The notes under the pieces are model-generated. The model did not search any database, was not told where the DNA came from, and was given only the letters and a program-made list of their open reading frames with translations. From the NCBI GenBank assembly GCA_965219995.1, contig CBDCOX010000002.1, forward strand, positions 1,536,001 through 1,600,000: a stretch of 64,000 bases of DNA. The letters run 5' to 3'. Source of the stretch: Candidatus Latescibacterota bacterium (GTDB taxonomy: Bacteria; Latescibacterota; UBA2968; GCA-2709665). This document shows positions 31,101 through 41,245 of the stretch, in pieces. The first letter of the stretch is position 1; each line of letters starts with the position of its first letter. A program made the position numbers and the translations under genes.

Positions 31101-31556
31101 TCAGCCGGTCTTTCGCAGTTCAGCGTTCAGCCTGTCCAGGCTGTCTTTAGGCCATGTCTCAATCCTGTCATACCCCTTATCAAACTGAGGAACGTGGGCC
31201 GGCAGTCCGAGCCAGGCGTGCTTTTCCCTGGTCCAGATGTGTGCGTTAATTTCCAGAACCCTCAAATCGTCCAGCGTCTGCGACCGCAATAACGCCGTGC
31301 ATGGGTGATGAGTCGCAGTACTGTAGATCACATCCTCGCACGACTGGCAGATGAACGTCGTTCGATTCGCCGCGACAGACTTCGAGACGAACTCTCCCTT
31401 GTCGCACGTTACATCGGTTTCCAACACAATGATGGTAATTCCAAATGCCGAGCCGGAAGCCTTTTGACAGTCCACGCAATGACACGCATGCACAAAGAGA
31501 GGCGCATTCAGAAGTCTGTAACGCACCTCTCCGCACCGGCAGCCACCGGAATACAT
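31101..31556 (-). CDS. GFA family (glutathione-dependent formaldehyde-activating-like) protein
   Basis: GGCRCGEVRY, CHCVDCQKASG, CQSC, AHIW. Confidence 0.9.
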   Translation of the reverse strand: MYSGGCRCGEVRYRLLNAPLFVHACHCVDCQKASGSAFGITIIVLETDVTCDKGEFVSKSVAANRTTFICQSCEDVIYSTATHHPCTALLRSQTLDDLRVLEINAHIWTREKHAWLGLPAHVPQFDKGYDRIETWPKDSLDRLNAELRKTG

Positions 31557-31756
31557 ACGGTTCCCGTTCACCGAATCAACCGAAGGATTATGGTGAGTTA
31601 ACTGAGAAAATCGATCGTTTATCCGTATAGCAAGTTGCACTTAGACGGGTTTGAGTCTTGCAGTAATGCTTCTCTGAAAAATGCGTTCATGTTTCTTCAT
31701 GCTGTGTACAACAATCGATGTGCTGCGATCCCCCCACCGCATCAGCCGTCGCCGGT

Positions 31757-31860
31757 CCTTCGACAATCCTTCGACATTTCGACAAGCTCAATGCAGGCAT
31801 GCTCAGGACAGTGGCTCAGGGGACGGCTCGGCTTCTGCGACTCCCCCTCAAGGGGGGAGT
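31757..31860. repeat. Nested REP cluster (CTTCGAC...GCTCAGG) plus ACTCCCCCTCAAGGGGGGAGT palindrome
   Basis: Three ttcgaca followed by three gctca; palindrome at 31840-31860. Confidence 0.65.
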
Positions 31861-31935
31861 GATTCGACCCTAAGACGGGCTCGCGCTTTTGCAACGATCT
31901 ATTTGGTTGCGGCTGAACACCTCGAAACCGGGCTG

Positions 31936-32160
31936 GGTAACTTATCGCGGAAACCAATGGTTTTGTTATATAACCAGTTGTATTTCAAGAAATTATGGGA
32001 CATGGAACCGGAGCATTTTTCCTGCTCCTGGCTTTTTCCTGGATCGGGTTCTTATCCTGCTCTTGGTTTCTAATCCTGATAATCCTGCAAATCCTGATTG
32101 GTTTTGGTTCTTATCCTGTCTATCCTGTCCATCCATGTAAGTCTGCGTCTTTGAATTGTA
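31936..32160 (-). mobile_element. MITE-like intergenic element, copy 4
   Basis: tataaccagttgtatttcaa box and atcctgtctatcctgtccatccatgtaagt core. Confidence 0.6.
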
Positions 32161-32172
32161 GAAACCCAGGTA

Positions 32173-33117
32173 TCACCCCAACCGTTTCACCAGCCCGTAA
32201 TCCACCAGCTGCCGCACCCGGTATCCGGCGCCGAAATAAATCTCCTGCGCCGGATTGTTGAGCCCCGTATGGAGCGTATTGCGTACCACACCCCGTTTCT
32301 TGAACTCCGCACACATCAGATTGAACAGAACCGTACCGATCTTGCCGCGCCGATAGTCCGGATGCGTGCCGATCCCCGTAAAACTGCTCCTTCCATCCGT
32401 TCCAACCCGGACCGGTCCGGCGAATCCCACCACCGCGGGGCCGTCCGTCGCAATGAAAACGGGATACGGGGGAACTCCGTCCAGGCATGACTTTACAGAA
32501 GCCTCCCAGCCACCGGGGAACAATGCCTCCATAAACGCACACAGCGCCTCGCGGTGTCCGGCGTCGCATTGCCCGAACAGAATTCCTCTGGACCGGTTAT
32601 TCTCGATAGCGCCCACGATCTCCTCGCGAAGTTCAAATTCGGCAAACGTCGTTTCCATAAACAGACTTACCGAACCTCGGTTGCGGAATCCCTGATTCAG
32701 GAAAAACGTATAGGCCGGCGTCTTAATATCGACGCCGGTCGCGAACGTGATCGGGTTTCCCTTGTAACCGATCCGCATTTCCGTACACCCACGTCCCGCC
32801 AGAAATTCTCCCGCGGCATCCAGGAGCCTGCCCCCAAACCCATTTTGCCGAAAGTCCGAATCCACCATCAACACGCTCAGGTAGCCCGTCTCTCCAGTCC
32901 CGGGCGCAACCGCCAAAGCAAACCCGACAACCCTTGTATCCATCCGCGCAACCAACGCCCCCTTCCGGTCATAATCCGAATGGGCCAGGACCCGCTGTCG
33001 AAACCCCGCTTCATCCATCCGGAAATCGTACTTCCGGTCCGCAAACGCCCGCTGCCAGAGATCCATCACCGGCGCCAGGTCTTCATCCTTCCAGGATGAA
33101 ATCGAAAAAGTGCTCAT
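32173..33117 (-). CDS. Tandem-domain GNAT N-acetyltransferase
   Basis: VDSDFRQNGFG and THPDYRRGKIG motifs. Confidence 0.85.
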   Translation of the reverse strand: MSTFSISSWKDEDLAPVMDLWQRAFADRKYDFRMDEAGFRQRVLAHSDYDRKGALVARMDTRVVGFALAVAPGTGETGYLSVLMVDSDFRQNGFGGRLLDAAGEFLAGRGCTEMRIGYKGNPITFATGVDIKTPAYTFFLNQGFRNRGSVSLFMETTFAEFELREEIVGAIENNRSRGILFGQCDAGHREALCAFMEALFPGGWEASVKSCLDGVPPYPVFIATDGPAVVGFAGPVRVGTDGRSSFTGIGTHPDYRRGKIGTVLFNLMCAEFKKRGVVRNTLHTGLNNPAQEIYFGAGYRVRQLVDYGLVKRLG

Positions 33118-33140
33118 ATCAAAACCCACCAATCCACTTA

Positions 33141-33394
33141 ATCCGAATTATTCATGAAAACCGGTGTGTATGTTGTATAATCGGTTGATTTTAAATAACA
33201 TTAGCAGAATATATAACGATAACCTGTAAGAGTCTGGAATCGGGTTGGCCGGCGTAATGTTGGGGTTTCAGGGTGGTCGGAATTACGACGCGCGGTCCAT
33301 GGTGAGTCGATTCACTGCCGTTGCTCGTTTTGTCGCGCTATTTGGTTTTCATCCTGTCCATCCATGTAAGTTCCGTTTTATGAATTAGAGGGTT
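33141..33394 (-). mobile_element. MITE-like intergenic element, copy 5
   Basis: Inverted homologue of 12582-12868; atccgaattattcatgaa ... tatgaattagagggt ends. Confidence 0.75.
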
Positions 33395-33789
33395 TAACTG
33401 CCGGGAAGGAAAGCGACGGCTTCGATCTCCACCAGGTAATCCGGATGGGCGAGACCGCTGACGAACAGCAGCGTGTTCGGGGGAAAAGCGTCCGTGACGA
33501 AGCGGTTTCGGACGCGGCGAAAGGCCTCGAGGTGGCTGCGTTCGGTGAGATATGTGGTCAACTTGACGATGTCGTCCAGACTGCCTCCGAGTTCCTCCAG
33601 GATGGCCTGAAGGTTCGCGTAGACCTGCCGCGTCTGCGCCTCGATGTCGCCTTGCCCTACCAGGTTGCCGTCCGGGTCGAGGGCGATCTGACCGGCAATG
33701 TAACAGGTGTCGCCGGCCTTCGCGACGTGCGAGTACCCCACACCCGCCGTCGAGTGGACACTTCCCGGATGTATGATCTCACGCGCCAT
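33394..33789 (-). CDS. RidA/YjgF family protein
   Basis: YSHVA, IAGQI, LVEIEAVA; RBS aggaggt. Confidence 0.9.
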   Translation of the reverse strand: MAREIIHPGSVHSTAGVGYSHVAKAGDTCYIAGQIALDPDGNLVGQGDIEAQTRQVYANLQAILEELGGSLDDIVKLTTYLTERSHLEAFRRVRNRFVTDAFPPNTLLFVSGLAHPDYLVEIEAVAFLPGS

Positions 33790-33805
33790 CGATCCCCACC
33801 TCCTG

Positions 33806-33835
33806 TATAATAGTCTCCAATATAATAGTCTCCAA
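33806..33835. repeat. Perfect 15 bp tandem duplication
   Basis: tataatagtctccaa x2 just upstream of the RidA RBS. Confidence 0.9.
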
Positions 33836-33891
33836 TTTCGCACGCTACCCGTCCCTCGAACCGGCGTTTGTACGGGCCCAGGAACCGATCC

Positions 33892-34302
33892 TCACGACCT
33901 TCCGGATAATCTTGCACCAATCCACGCCATCGGGATGTAAGCGCCAACCAGATCCACGACATTGAACAGGACCGGGCCCCCTATCATGATGACATTGGCG
34001 ATTCCTCCGATCAGGAACAGCCCGCCTACAACCATAGCCACTGCCATCCTGCAGCTTGCGGCGATCATGGCGGCCAGATACGCGCCCACGAGGGTCCCCA
34101 GCGCATGCGCCACCCATGGGAATATGAAGTGCCTGAATTCAAACAGGTGCATGGACGCCTTGATGGATTCCACGTTGGTCACGTCGACACCATCGGGAGG
34201 CGGGATGATTACAGGTCCGATCATGACCACAATCATATTGGCGATGCTACCCACCACGACACCGACGACGACGGCCAAGACATTCTTCAGCTTGGACTTC
34301 AT
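33892..34302 (-). CDS. Hypothetical membrane protein
   Basis: Four hydrophobic segments; RBS aggagagg. Confidence 0.75.
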   Translation of the reverse strand: MKSKLKNVLAVVVGVVVGSIANMIVVMIGPVIIPPPDGVDVTNVESIKASMHLFEFRHFIFPWVAHALGTLVGAYLAAMIAASCRMAVAMVVGGLFLIGGIANVIMIGGPVLFNVVDLVGAYIPMAWIGARLSGRS

Positions 34303-34438
34303 AAATCACCTCTCCTGTGTGATGTTAAGTTACACCGGCAAACATGCTCATCAAATGGCTCCATCATAGACTCGCACGAGATCGGACGACACCGCGCCCC
34401 CAAAAGGCTACGGAGGACCATCACCGTAGCCCGTGGCC

Positions 34439-34528
34439 GGGCGTCCACAAGGGACGCCCCTACAAGGCGAGGAAGAGTGAATCGGGGCTGAACGTGCTTG
34501 ATTCGGTACCGCAAACTGGCAGTTTGCG
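34439..34528. repeat. Composite REP unit, copy 2
   Basis: gggcgtccacaagggacgcccctac ... cgcaaactggcagtttgcg. Confidence 0.75.
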
Positions 34529-34634
34529 GTGTGGTCGCCGGACCGTCGCCACAAACATACCAGGCGAACCTCAAGCCTTCAAATACTCGAAATCGACACC
34601 CCAGGAAACCCGACGGGGAACTATCGCGGATGCC

Positions 34635-35843
34635 TCAGGCGCGCATTCGATTGAGGCAATCCTCATAAGCCTCGAAGCGCTCTCCTTCGCGTTCTTCGGG
34701 ATCGACCTTCTTGAGGAACAACGCGCTGCCGGGCTTCTTGCCGGTGAATTCGCGGTGGCTTTTGATGTGCGCCGGGTTTTCACCGCTCCACTTAACCTCG
34801 CCGTCCTGCAGATATACGAAATTTCCTCCGTGTTCCTCGATCATCGCATGCATGCGATCGCGATAGAACAGTCCCTGCTCGCAGGCCGTTTCCCTAACCG
34901 TGGCCATGATGGCAGGCGGATCTTCCTCTTCCGAGTCGAATTCGTTCAAGGGGCCCTCGACCTCACTCTTGAAGTCAATTTCGTCGAGATCGACCGTTCC
35001 GAATCCGCTCTGGGCGGCCACGAGGAGATGGTTGCGGTCGCGACGGAATGGCGGCGTGGGCCAATCGGAAGTGGGCTCGTGCCCCATCAGGCGGGCGCCG
35101 ACGGCATCGGTGGCGATGATCTGGTCGCCCGCAATGAGGGCGTTGCAAACGCGGCCCTCGCCGTCCCACTCACGACCCCATTGACCGGTCGTGGCGTCCA
35201 CGATATTGAGACACGGGTTGGTGATGCGCGCCAGGTCGGGGAGCACGTAAGACAGGCGGATTGCATGGTGGAAGTAGGTTCGCACGCGTCCCTCAGGTGG
35301 GATTGTGGGTGTGAGGCCAAACAGATTCTTGGTGCAAAGCGTGACCCCCATGAAGAGGTGATTCTTCATCTTGGCGACGGAAACGACCTCATCTGCTTCG
35401 CTGAAGCAGCGGCTGAGCGTGTAGCGTTGAAACATACAGCCGCCGCCCGGAACGTCGTACTCTGCGAAGGGCGGGAAGTTTGATTCCACGTGCTCGACGT
35501 CGAATTCGTCGAGCAGCGGACGGTAGTTGAAGTAGTCCGTCGCGGCCCCGGACGCGTCACGGCAAAATGTGTCGGCGGCGACAAGGTCCGCAGAGGTCCG
35601 CTCGCGCAGGAGCCGAAGGACGGCGCGGCAGACGGCATCGTCGACGAGTTCTCGGCGGCGGCCCTCGAAATGAGTCACGTTTGTATGCCCCATGTTGAAC
35701 TTCAGGGCGATGCGCCCCGCTTTCTGCAGCTTCTCCCAGGAACGCGCCAGGGGGGCGGTTGCCCGTACAAGGTTCTCGTAGACCTCTTCGTCGGAGGCCC
35801 GGTGATCGCAATGGACTGCACGAACGCTGAATTCATGGTTCAT
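34635..35843 (-). CDS. DUF362 domain protein
   Basis: ALKFN, VAKMKNH, TLCTKNLFG, IVDA, ATDAV. Confidence 0.85.
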   Translation of the reverse strand: MNHEFSVRAVHCDHRASDEEVYENLVRATAPLARSWEKLQKAGRIALKFNMGHTNVTHFEGRRRELVDDAVCRAVLRLLRERTSADLVAADTFCRDASGAATDYFNYRPLLDEFDVEHVESNFPPFAEYDVPGGGCMFQRYTLSRCFSEADEVVSVAKMKNHLFMGVTLCTKNLFGLTPTIPPEGRVRTYFHHAIRLSYVLPDLARITNPCLNIVDATTGQWGREWDGEGRVCNALIAGDQIIATDAVGARLMGHEPTSDWPTPPFRRDRNHLLVAAQSGFGTVDLDEIDFKSEVEGPLNEFDSEEEDPPAIMATVRETACEQGLFYRDRMHAMIEEHGGNFVYLQDGEVKWSGENPAHIKSHREFTGKKPGSALFLKKVDPEEREGERFEAYEDCLNRMRA

Positions 35844-36067
35844 CTCAATGTTCTCCTCTAGTAAACGGCGGTTCCGGTGTAGATCCGTCAGAGTCAATTG
35901 TGTCGAGTTTCAGAACGGTGCATCTGTCGATAACGGAAGCGGAGTTGTCTGCTGAACGGAAGCGCTTGATGCGCGCAGTCAGGGGTGTGCTGTTGCAAGC
36001 AGTCGGGTGGGACAATATACCTCAATCCACTCGTGGGACACCATTGCCATCTGTCATCGCCGCCCGA

Positions 36068-36775
36068 TCAGTCCTTGAAATCGTCCCGAACACAACGGAA
36101 TCCCAAATTGCCCGACCCACCCTTCAAGCGCACGCCTCCCCGTCTGGAACACCGCTTATGAAACGGGCTGGTATACCAGTCGCCACCCCGCGCCGACCGC
36201 GTTTCACCGCCCAGGGGTCCTACGGGACAGTACCTGCGGTCTTCTGTATACAGTCGCCGGTCATCTCTGCACCATTGCCACAGCGATCCAACCATGTCGT
36301 AGAGACCAAACCCGTTTGGTGGGTACGCGCCGACGTCGGGCGGGCCTTCGTCTCTCTCGCGATCTGCCGCCTGCGATCCATCAAATGCACCGTCACCCCA
36401 CGGATAAAGTGCATTGACCAGGCCTCCTCGGGCCGCCTTCTCCCATTCAGCCTCTGTGGGTAGCCTTTTTCCCGCCCAATCACAATATTCGAGCACATCC
36501 GGCAATGAAATACTCCTGACAGGCTGCAGAGGGGCATTCAGCCAGCTGTCCTGCCAGGTCTCCGGACGATAGTCTGCTGCCAGCATGAATCTATGATACC
36601 GATCTACGGAAACCAGGTGTACATCAATAGCGTATGCTTCCAGGTTGACGATATGTTGGGGCTTCTCGGCAAGGAAGGCTCCAGTGTAGCCCATATCATC
36701 GTCATTCACTGCGCCCATCAGGAATTCACCGGATGGTATCAGCACCATTTCCGAATCATCGTTCCGGGTGTACAT
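36068..36775 (-). CDS. Formylglycine-generating enzyme (SUMF1/FGE-sulfatase) family protein
   Basis: GEFLMG, RLPTEAEWEKAARGG, PNGFGLYDMVG, LGFRC. Confidence 0.92.
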   Translation of the reverse strand: MYTRNDDSEMVLIPSGEFLMGAVNDDDMGYTGAFLAEKPQHIVNLEAYAIDVHLVSVDRYHRFMLAADYRPETWQDSWLNAPLQPVRSISLPDVLEYCDWAGKRLPTEAEWEKAARGGLVNALYPWGDGAFDGSQAADRERDEGPPDVGAYPPNGFGLYDMVGSLWQWCRDDRRLYTEDRRYCPVGPLGGETRSARGGDWYTSPFHKRCSRRGGVRLKGGSGNLGFRCVRDDFKD

Positions 36776-37075
36776 ACGTGTTCCGCCGTCTGTATGCGTA
36801 CGTCTGCATCGTCAGGAAGAAGGGAGTCCTTTGGCTGTCTCAGTTCAGGCTCCGCCGCCCCCCCCAACGCACCTGAGCCAGTTTGCGTCGATGCGACTCT
36901 CACGGAGCGAACGAACAGGTCTGCCGACACATCGACGTCTATGAAGCAATACTCACTCGCCGACTCGGGGATCTACCGATGTGGTCTCGTCCTGTCTTTG
37001 CACATAGCCTGCGGATCACCGTCTCTGGCGGCAGAGCTACCGAAATCCAGACAGATGGGAAGTAGATGTATACCG

Positions 37076-37423
37076 TTAACCTCCGTTTTCATCCATTTCC
37101 TGCGATAGATCCACGAGCAACTGCAATTCTGTCACCGATCCTCGAGCCCACGTGTCTCGCTTGAACCGCTGGTGAAAGGCATCGATTTCATGTCTGGATC
37201 GCCCGGCGACCTCACGGGCGCGCTTCAGATCTTCGGATCGCATGTACGAAAGGAGATAATCTTCGCCACCCAATGTCAGCAGGAACCAGGACTCGACCTG
37301 CACTCCTTCATCGCGTAGTGTGTCCAACGCTTCGACCTTGCGCGCATTGATGGTGCTTGCCCATTTCGACACCCGGTCGCCGGAGTTTTTTTTAAGCTTG
37401 ATCAGGTTCGCTCTTACGTCCAT
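37076..37423 (-). CDS. Small hypothetical protein (DUF6176-like)
   Basis: EALDTLRDEGV..ES.F, HEIDAFH; family recalled, not searched. Confidence 0.6.
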   Translation of the reverse strand: MDVRANLIKLKKNSGDRVSKWASTINARKVEALDTLRDEGVQVESWFLLTLGGEDYLLSYMRSEDLKRAREVAGRSRHEIDAFHQRFKRDTWARGSVTELQLLVDLSQEMDENGG

Positions 37424-38457
37424 GGTCGCTCCGGGAATTTATCCGTACGGTATGTTATCTCATTTGATGATTCTGTCAGTCGACTGCCTGCCGCTGACGA
37501 ATCGAGAAGCGTCAGCACGGTTGTCCGGTCCCAGCCTCCCGGCCCCGGACCCTGGTACGCGGCGAGGATGTCCAGCAACCTTGCCAGCGAATGTAGTTTT
37601 AGAACCAACTCTTGCTCCGCACTCAACATTCCATAAGTTCGCCAGAAACATCCGGATATTTCCGGTGTAGTGATGAATACGGTAAGATAAAGATCTCTGG
37701 AGTCGGTAAATGCCGGAGCAATTTTGGCCTTTCCGAAATCGAGAACCGCTACCAGATTCAAGGTTTCCGGATCTACACGAAGATTATGCAACTGAAAGTC
37801 ATGATGGACAAGGGCATCAACTTCCGCTGCTTCCATAGAATCGACCTGGTCGGTCCAGAGCGCAATGCAGCGATCGAGCGTGTCTTTCCCCAGCCAGCCT
37901 TGTTTCCGTAGAAGCCCTATTGCGCGATGGAATCTGTTCTCCTCGGACTTCCGCCACTCGCTTCCGCTAACCGGGTCGCCGAGAATGGCGGCGACATCCG
38001 GCCCGATAGGAATTGCGTGGAGGTCCCTCATTTGCCCGGCGCATTGCGTGAGAATCTTTTCCTTGTCTTCGAAGCCAATCTCACTCCACACCCGGTCGCC
38101 ATCGACGCCTGCCGTGTACTCAATCAGCGCGTGAGGATACGGGACAGTGGCGTCACCCGATGAGACGCAGATCCACAGTGGCGTAGGCACCGAGGATTCA
38201 CGTTGGACTAATCTGACAACCCGTTCCTCCCTTCGCATCACCTCATCGTCCGAGCATCTGACCCAAACCTTTAATATGAGCGAATCACCATCAGGCAAGT
38301 CCAGAAGAAAAATCGCATTCGCTTCCCCTCGCTTCAATCGCCGGATCGAAGTCGGTTCCCGGATGCCGGCTTTTAAACAAACGGCCTGCGCGATTGGGAG
38401 CGAAAGATCATAATTGACGAATTCCTGGTATGTCAGCAGTGGCTTTGGTGAAGTCAT
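37414..38457 (-). CDS. APH-like phosphotransferase
   Basis: LVHHDFQLHNL, VLDFG. Confidence 0.8.
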   Translation of the reverse strand: MTSPKPLLTYQEFVNYDLSLPIAQAVCLKAGIREPTSIRRLKRGEANAIFLLDLPDGDSLILKVWVRCSDDEVMRREERVVRLVQRESSVPTPLWICVSSGDATVPYPHALIEYTAGVDGDRVWSEIGFEDKEKILTQCAGQMRDLHAIPIGPDVAAILGDPVSGSEWRKSEENRFHRAIGLLRKQGWLGKDTLDRCIALWTDQVDSMEAAEVDALVHHDFQLHNLRVDPETLNLVAVLDFGKAKIAPAFTDSRDLYLTVFITTPEISGCFWRTYGMLSAEQELVLKLHSLARLLDILAAYQGPGPGGWDRTTVLTLLDSSAAGSRLTESSNEITYRTDKFPERPWT

Positions 38458-38482
38458 AAGCAAGTGAAAAATGGTCCGACAA

Positions 38483-38854
38483 TCACCTCGACCAATGGCT
38501 GTCGTAGGCCGCACGAAAATTCAACGGTGGTGATGTGACTGACATATAGATAAAGGTCCGGGTACCGGAATTGTAGAACCCATGAAGGTCACCTTCCTCA
38601 AATCGAACAACGTCACCTTCAGCGAACTCTGCGACCGCCCCATTTTCCAGAATCAGATTTCCGGAACCTTGCAAGGCGATCCATATCTGTTCCGATGCGT
38701 TATGTCGATGCGCAGGATTCGTGCCGCCAGGAGGGACAGAAACCTGTGTAATCGTAACCCTTTGCGACGATGAGTTTTCCGGAAACAGCAGTTGTCGAGA
38801 AACAATTCCAGAATTGCTGAACACCTGGATTTCCGCCGAGCGAATCAGTTCCAT
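38483..38854 (-). CDS. Cupin domain protein
   Basis: HRH.ASEQIW, GDLHG. Confidence 0.88.
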   Translation of the reverse strand: MELIRSAEIQVFSNSGIVSRQLLFPENSSSQRVTITQVSVPPGGTNPAHRHNASEQIWIALQGSGNLILENGAVAEFAEGDVVRFEEGDLHGFYNSGTRTFIYMSVTSPPLNFRAAYDSHWSR

Positions 38855-38979
38855 ATCGAATCCTTCCCAACCACTTTTCGGATAACGCGGTGACGGTTAA
38901 CGAACCGATGCGGATTTCCATAGGCCAAGGTGCCCGACGAATGGTGCAGCGCGGCACCGAACACCTGTTTGACTAAGCT

Positions 38980-39420
38980 TTACTTACGTGCCTCCATCGA
39001 CTCGATCAGCAAGTCAATCTTGTCGTCGTAACCGGCAACGAGCTTTGGAAGTGCCCTGACATCGGCCCAAAAGAAATCGAACGGATGAATGAAAGATCCG
39101 TCCTCCGAATGCTCACCGTGACGCCACGTTTCTGCCGTTGGTCCCACCAAAGACAGATGAGAAAACCAGCGGTACTGTAGTTCATCGCTCCCACAGTCCC
39201 GCATATCCCGGGTGTCCTGCGCCAGAAAACGTACAAATCTGATCCGCGATAATCCCGTTTCCTCCTTTGCTTCTCGCAGCACCGCATCCCGGGGATTCTC
39301 CCCCGGCTCGATCGTACCGGCGGGCACCTGAATGCCAGCATCAGGCGCCCCGGGTTGCGTAAAGAGGAGCAGGCGGAGCTGAAAGGTAATATAGGCGAAA
39401 GCTCTGTGACGGATTTTCAT
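38980..39420 (-). CDS. NUDIX hydrolase (paralogue of 46317-46757)
   Basis: PAGTIEPGENPRDAVLREAKEETG. Confidence 0.9.
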   Translation of the reverse strand: MKIRHRAFAYITFQLRLLLFTQPGAPDAGIQVPAGTIEPGENPRDAVLREAKEETGLSRIRFVRFLAQDTRDMRDCGSDELQYRWFSHLSLVGPTAETWRHGEHSEDGSFIHPFDFFWADVRALPKLVAGYDDKIDLLIESMEARK

Positions 39421-39562
39421 CGGCGTTGGGGTTGGGGAGACCCGTGTTTCACAAGTCCTGTAACATCGTCGGCACCCCCGTTGCCGGAAGTGCCGTGTCA
39501 ATCGGTGAGGAGATTTGTCAGTTTAGCCAAGGGTCAGGAACCAGACATTGCCCTTGGTTTTC

Positions 39563-39868
39563 TCATTCATTTCCTGCTTGTGCTTCTGACCAACGCGTGG
39601 CCATTCTCCTCAATTCTTCCTCATGGTCCGGCCAATCGTGAAGCGTGGCAGGATCGAAGTCAGCGCCATTAGGCCAGAAGAGAGTATGTACCTCAGAGTC
39701 AATACGCACCTGATTAAAGAGTACTTCATCCGTCAGAGGTCCGAACAACTCGCCCTTAAGAACTGGACGAAAATCAATGACCTGAGTCGTTTTATCGTTG
39801 AATCTGACATGGATCCGATGAGGCCCAACAATCTTAAATTCAACGACTTTATAGATTGGATGACTCAC
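39563..39868 (-). CDS. DUF2442 domain protein (TA-associated)
   Basis: F.PL.D..LFNQV, WPNGADFDPATL. Confidence 0.85.
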   Translation of the reverse strand: MSHPIYKVVEFKIVGPHRIHVRFNDKTTQVIDFRPVLKGELFGPLTDEVLFNQVRIDSEVHTLFWPNGADFDPATLHDWPDHEEELRRMATRWSEAQAGNE

Positions 39869-40159
39869 TCCATTCTCCCTTACAAAGGGATCTTATCGGT
39901 AACATCCCGCGCGAAATGTACCGAATTCTGCATTGGCAGGCAAAATCCAAATTCGTAGGGTTGCGAGGTTCTTCTGGTCCTCAGAGCTTCTCGAATACGC
40001 CGTTCATACCTCCATGTCGTTAGACTTCCTCGCGGACTGCAAAACCTAGAAGAAGGTCAGAGGACGGGTCCGTTACCTCGAACCCTGGGGCACGTTGTCA
40101 CCAGTGTACGCTACTTCGGTTGGGGGACGGTATGTATCGGGTTGGCTGATTCTCGCCTT

Positions 40160-41138
40160 TCAATCTATGCCTTCGATTGCAGCCTCACCCATACGAATCG
40201 CCGTATCCGGGAGCGCGAGTATCCGGTCTTCCAGGGCCCAGGTCGCCCGATTAGGCGAATTCGGTCCCCACTTCCGGTGGAGTTGGGAGAGACGCCTGGC
40301 ATAGTAGGCGGCAAAGATGAACGGGAGTGCGGTACGTTCATCTTCGGAAGGATGTCGTACTGAGAAGTACCCCTCCACGAACCGCTGCATTTCCTCATCG
40401 GTAAGCTGTCGACCCACGGTCCCCATCAGCCATTGCATCCGTACCATCACGACGTCTTCGAGCGCCGGAGCGAAGTGAGCCGAGTTGAAGTCGGTGAATC
40501 GGATTTCGCCCGAAGGGGAAGCAATCGTGTTCCAGCTTCTCACGTCTCCGCGGCAGAAGAGCCACCGGACATCCATTTTATCCGGCATGCCGTTCAACTG
40601 TGCTCGAAGCCGGGTAACAGCATCCGCCATGTCCAAGGAAAACGTCGTCCTCTCGCAATACTCGAGCGCCTCGGAGATGTACGTCCGCGCATCTTTGACT
40701 TCTGAACTGCAGGCTGGAAAGTCTTCGCTCGCATCGTGAACCCGTGCGAGAGCCTCCCCCACGTCGGCGAGCGTATCGACGCGGTCTACGACCTCTCCTT
40801 CAAGGAAGCTCTCGACCGATATCACCAGGTCTCGAACGGACTTGCAAGCGCCTCCCATCCGTGGTCAGGCGGATGTCGGGGCACGGCGCGCCGCGACAGG
40901 CAAGGTGTCGTACGAACGCCACGATGGTTTTGGGATGGGTCGCGCAGTCCCACCCCGGATTTGCGAGAAACACAACGCGTCCGTGCCGCAAGCTGTCGCA
41001 AAAGAAGACACACCGGGAATTCGCCCTGCGGACGCTGGTTACCTCCAGATCCCAGAATCGCTTGCAGAGATCCGTGATTTCCCCCTGATCAGGCAGCGGC
41101 CCCGTTTCGTCTCTGGATCTGGGATAGCGTGCATCCAT
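40160..41138 (-). pseudogene. Phosphotransferase (APH/homoserine kinase-like), frameshifted
   Basis: ORF 40800-41186 gives the N-lobe and ORF 40160-40858 the RGDVRSWN/TDFN part; frame changes near 40850. Confidence 0.7.
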
Positions 41139-41245
41139 TGGTTTTCCCGGGCCGGGTCCCGGCCTTAACGGCGCATTGCCGCTCACGTTCCCCCGGGCGA
41201 CGACCTGCCGAAGCGCAGCTTAGAAATGTCGGTACGACGGCGCCT

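Noticed and set aside
36908-37082. GGTTAAC-5 nt-ACATCTAC ... GTCGATGT as an attC
   Set aside because: About 170 bp long, wrong spacer to any GTT and no supporting stem.
40019-40025. GTCTAAC (minus) as an R'' box
   Set aside because: Not followed by an L''/L' palindrome; a 7-mer match alone is insufficient.
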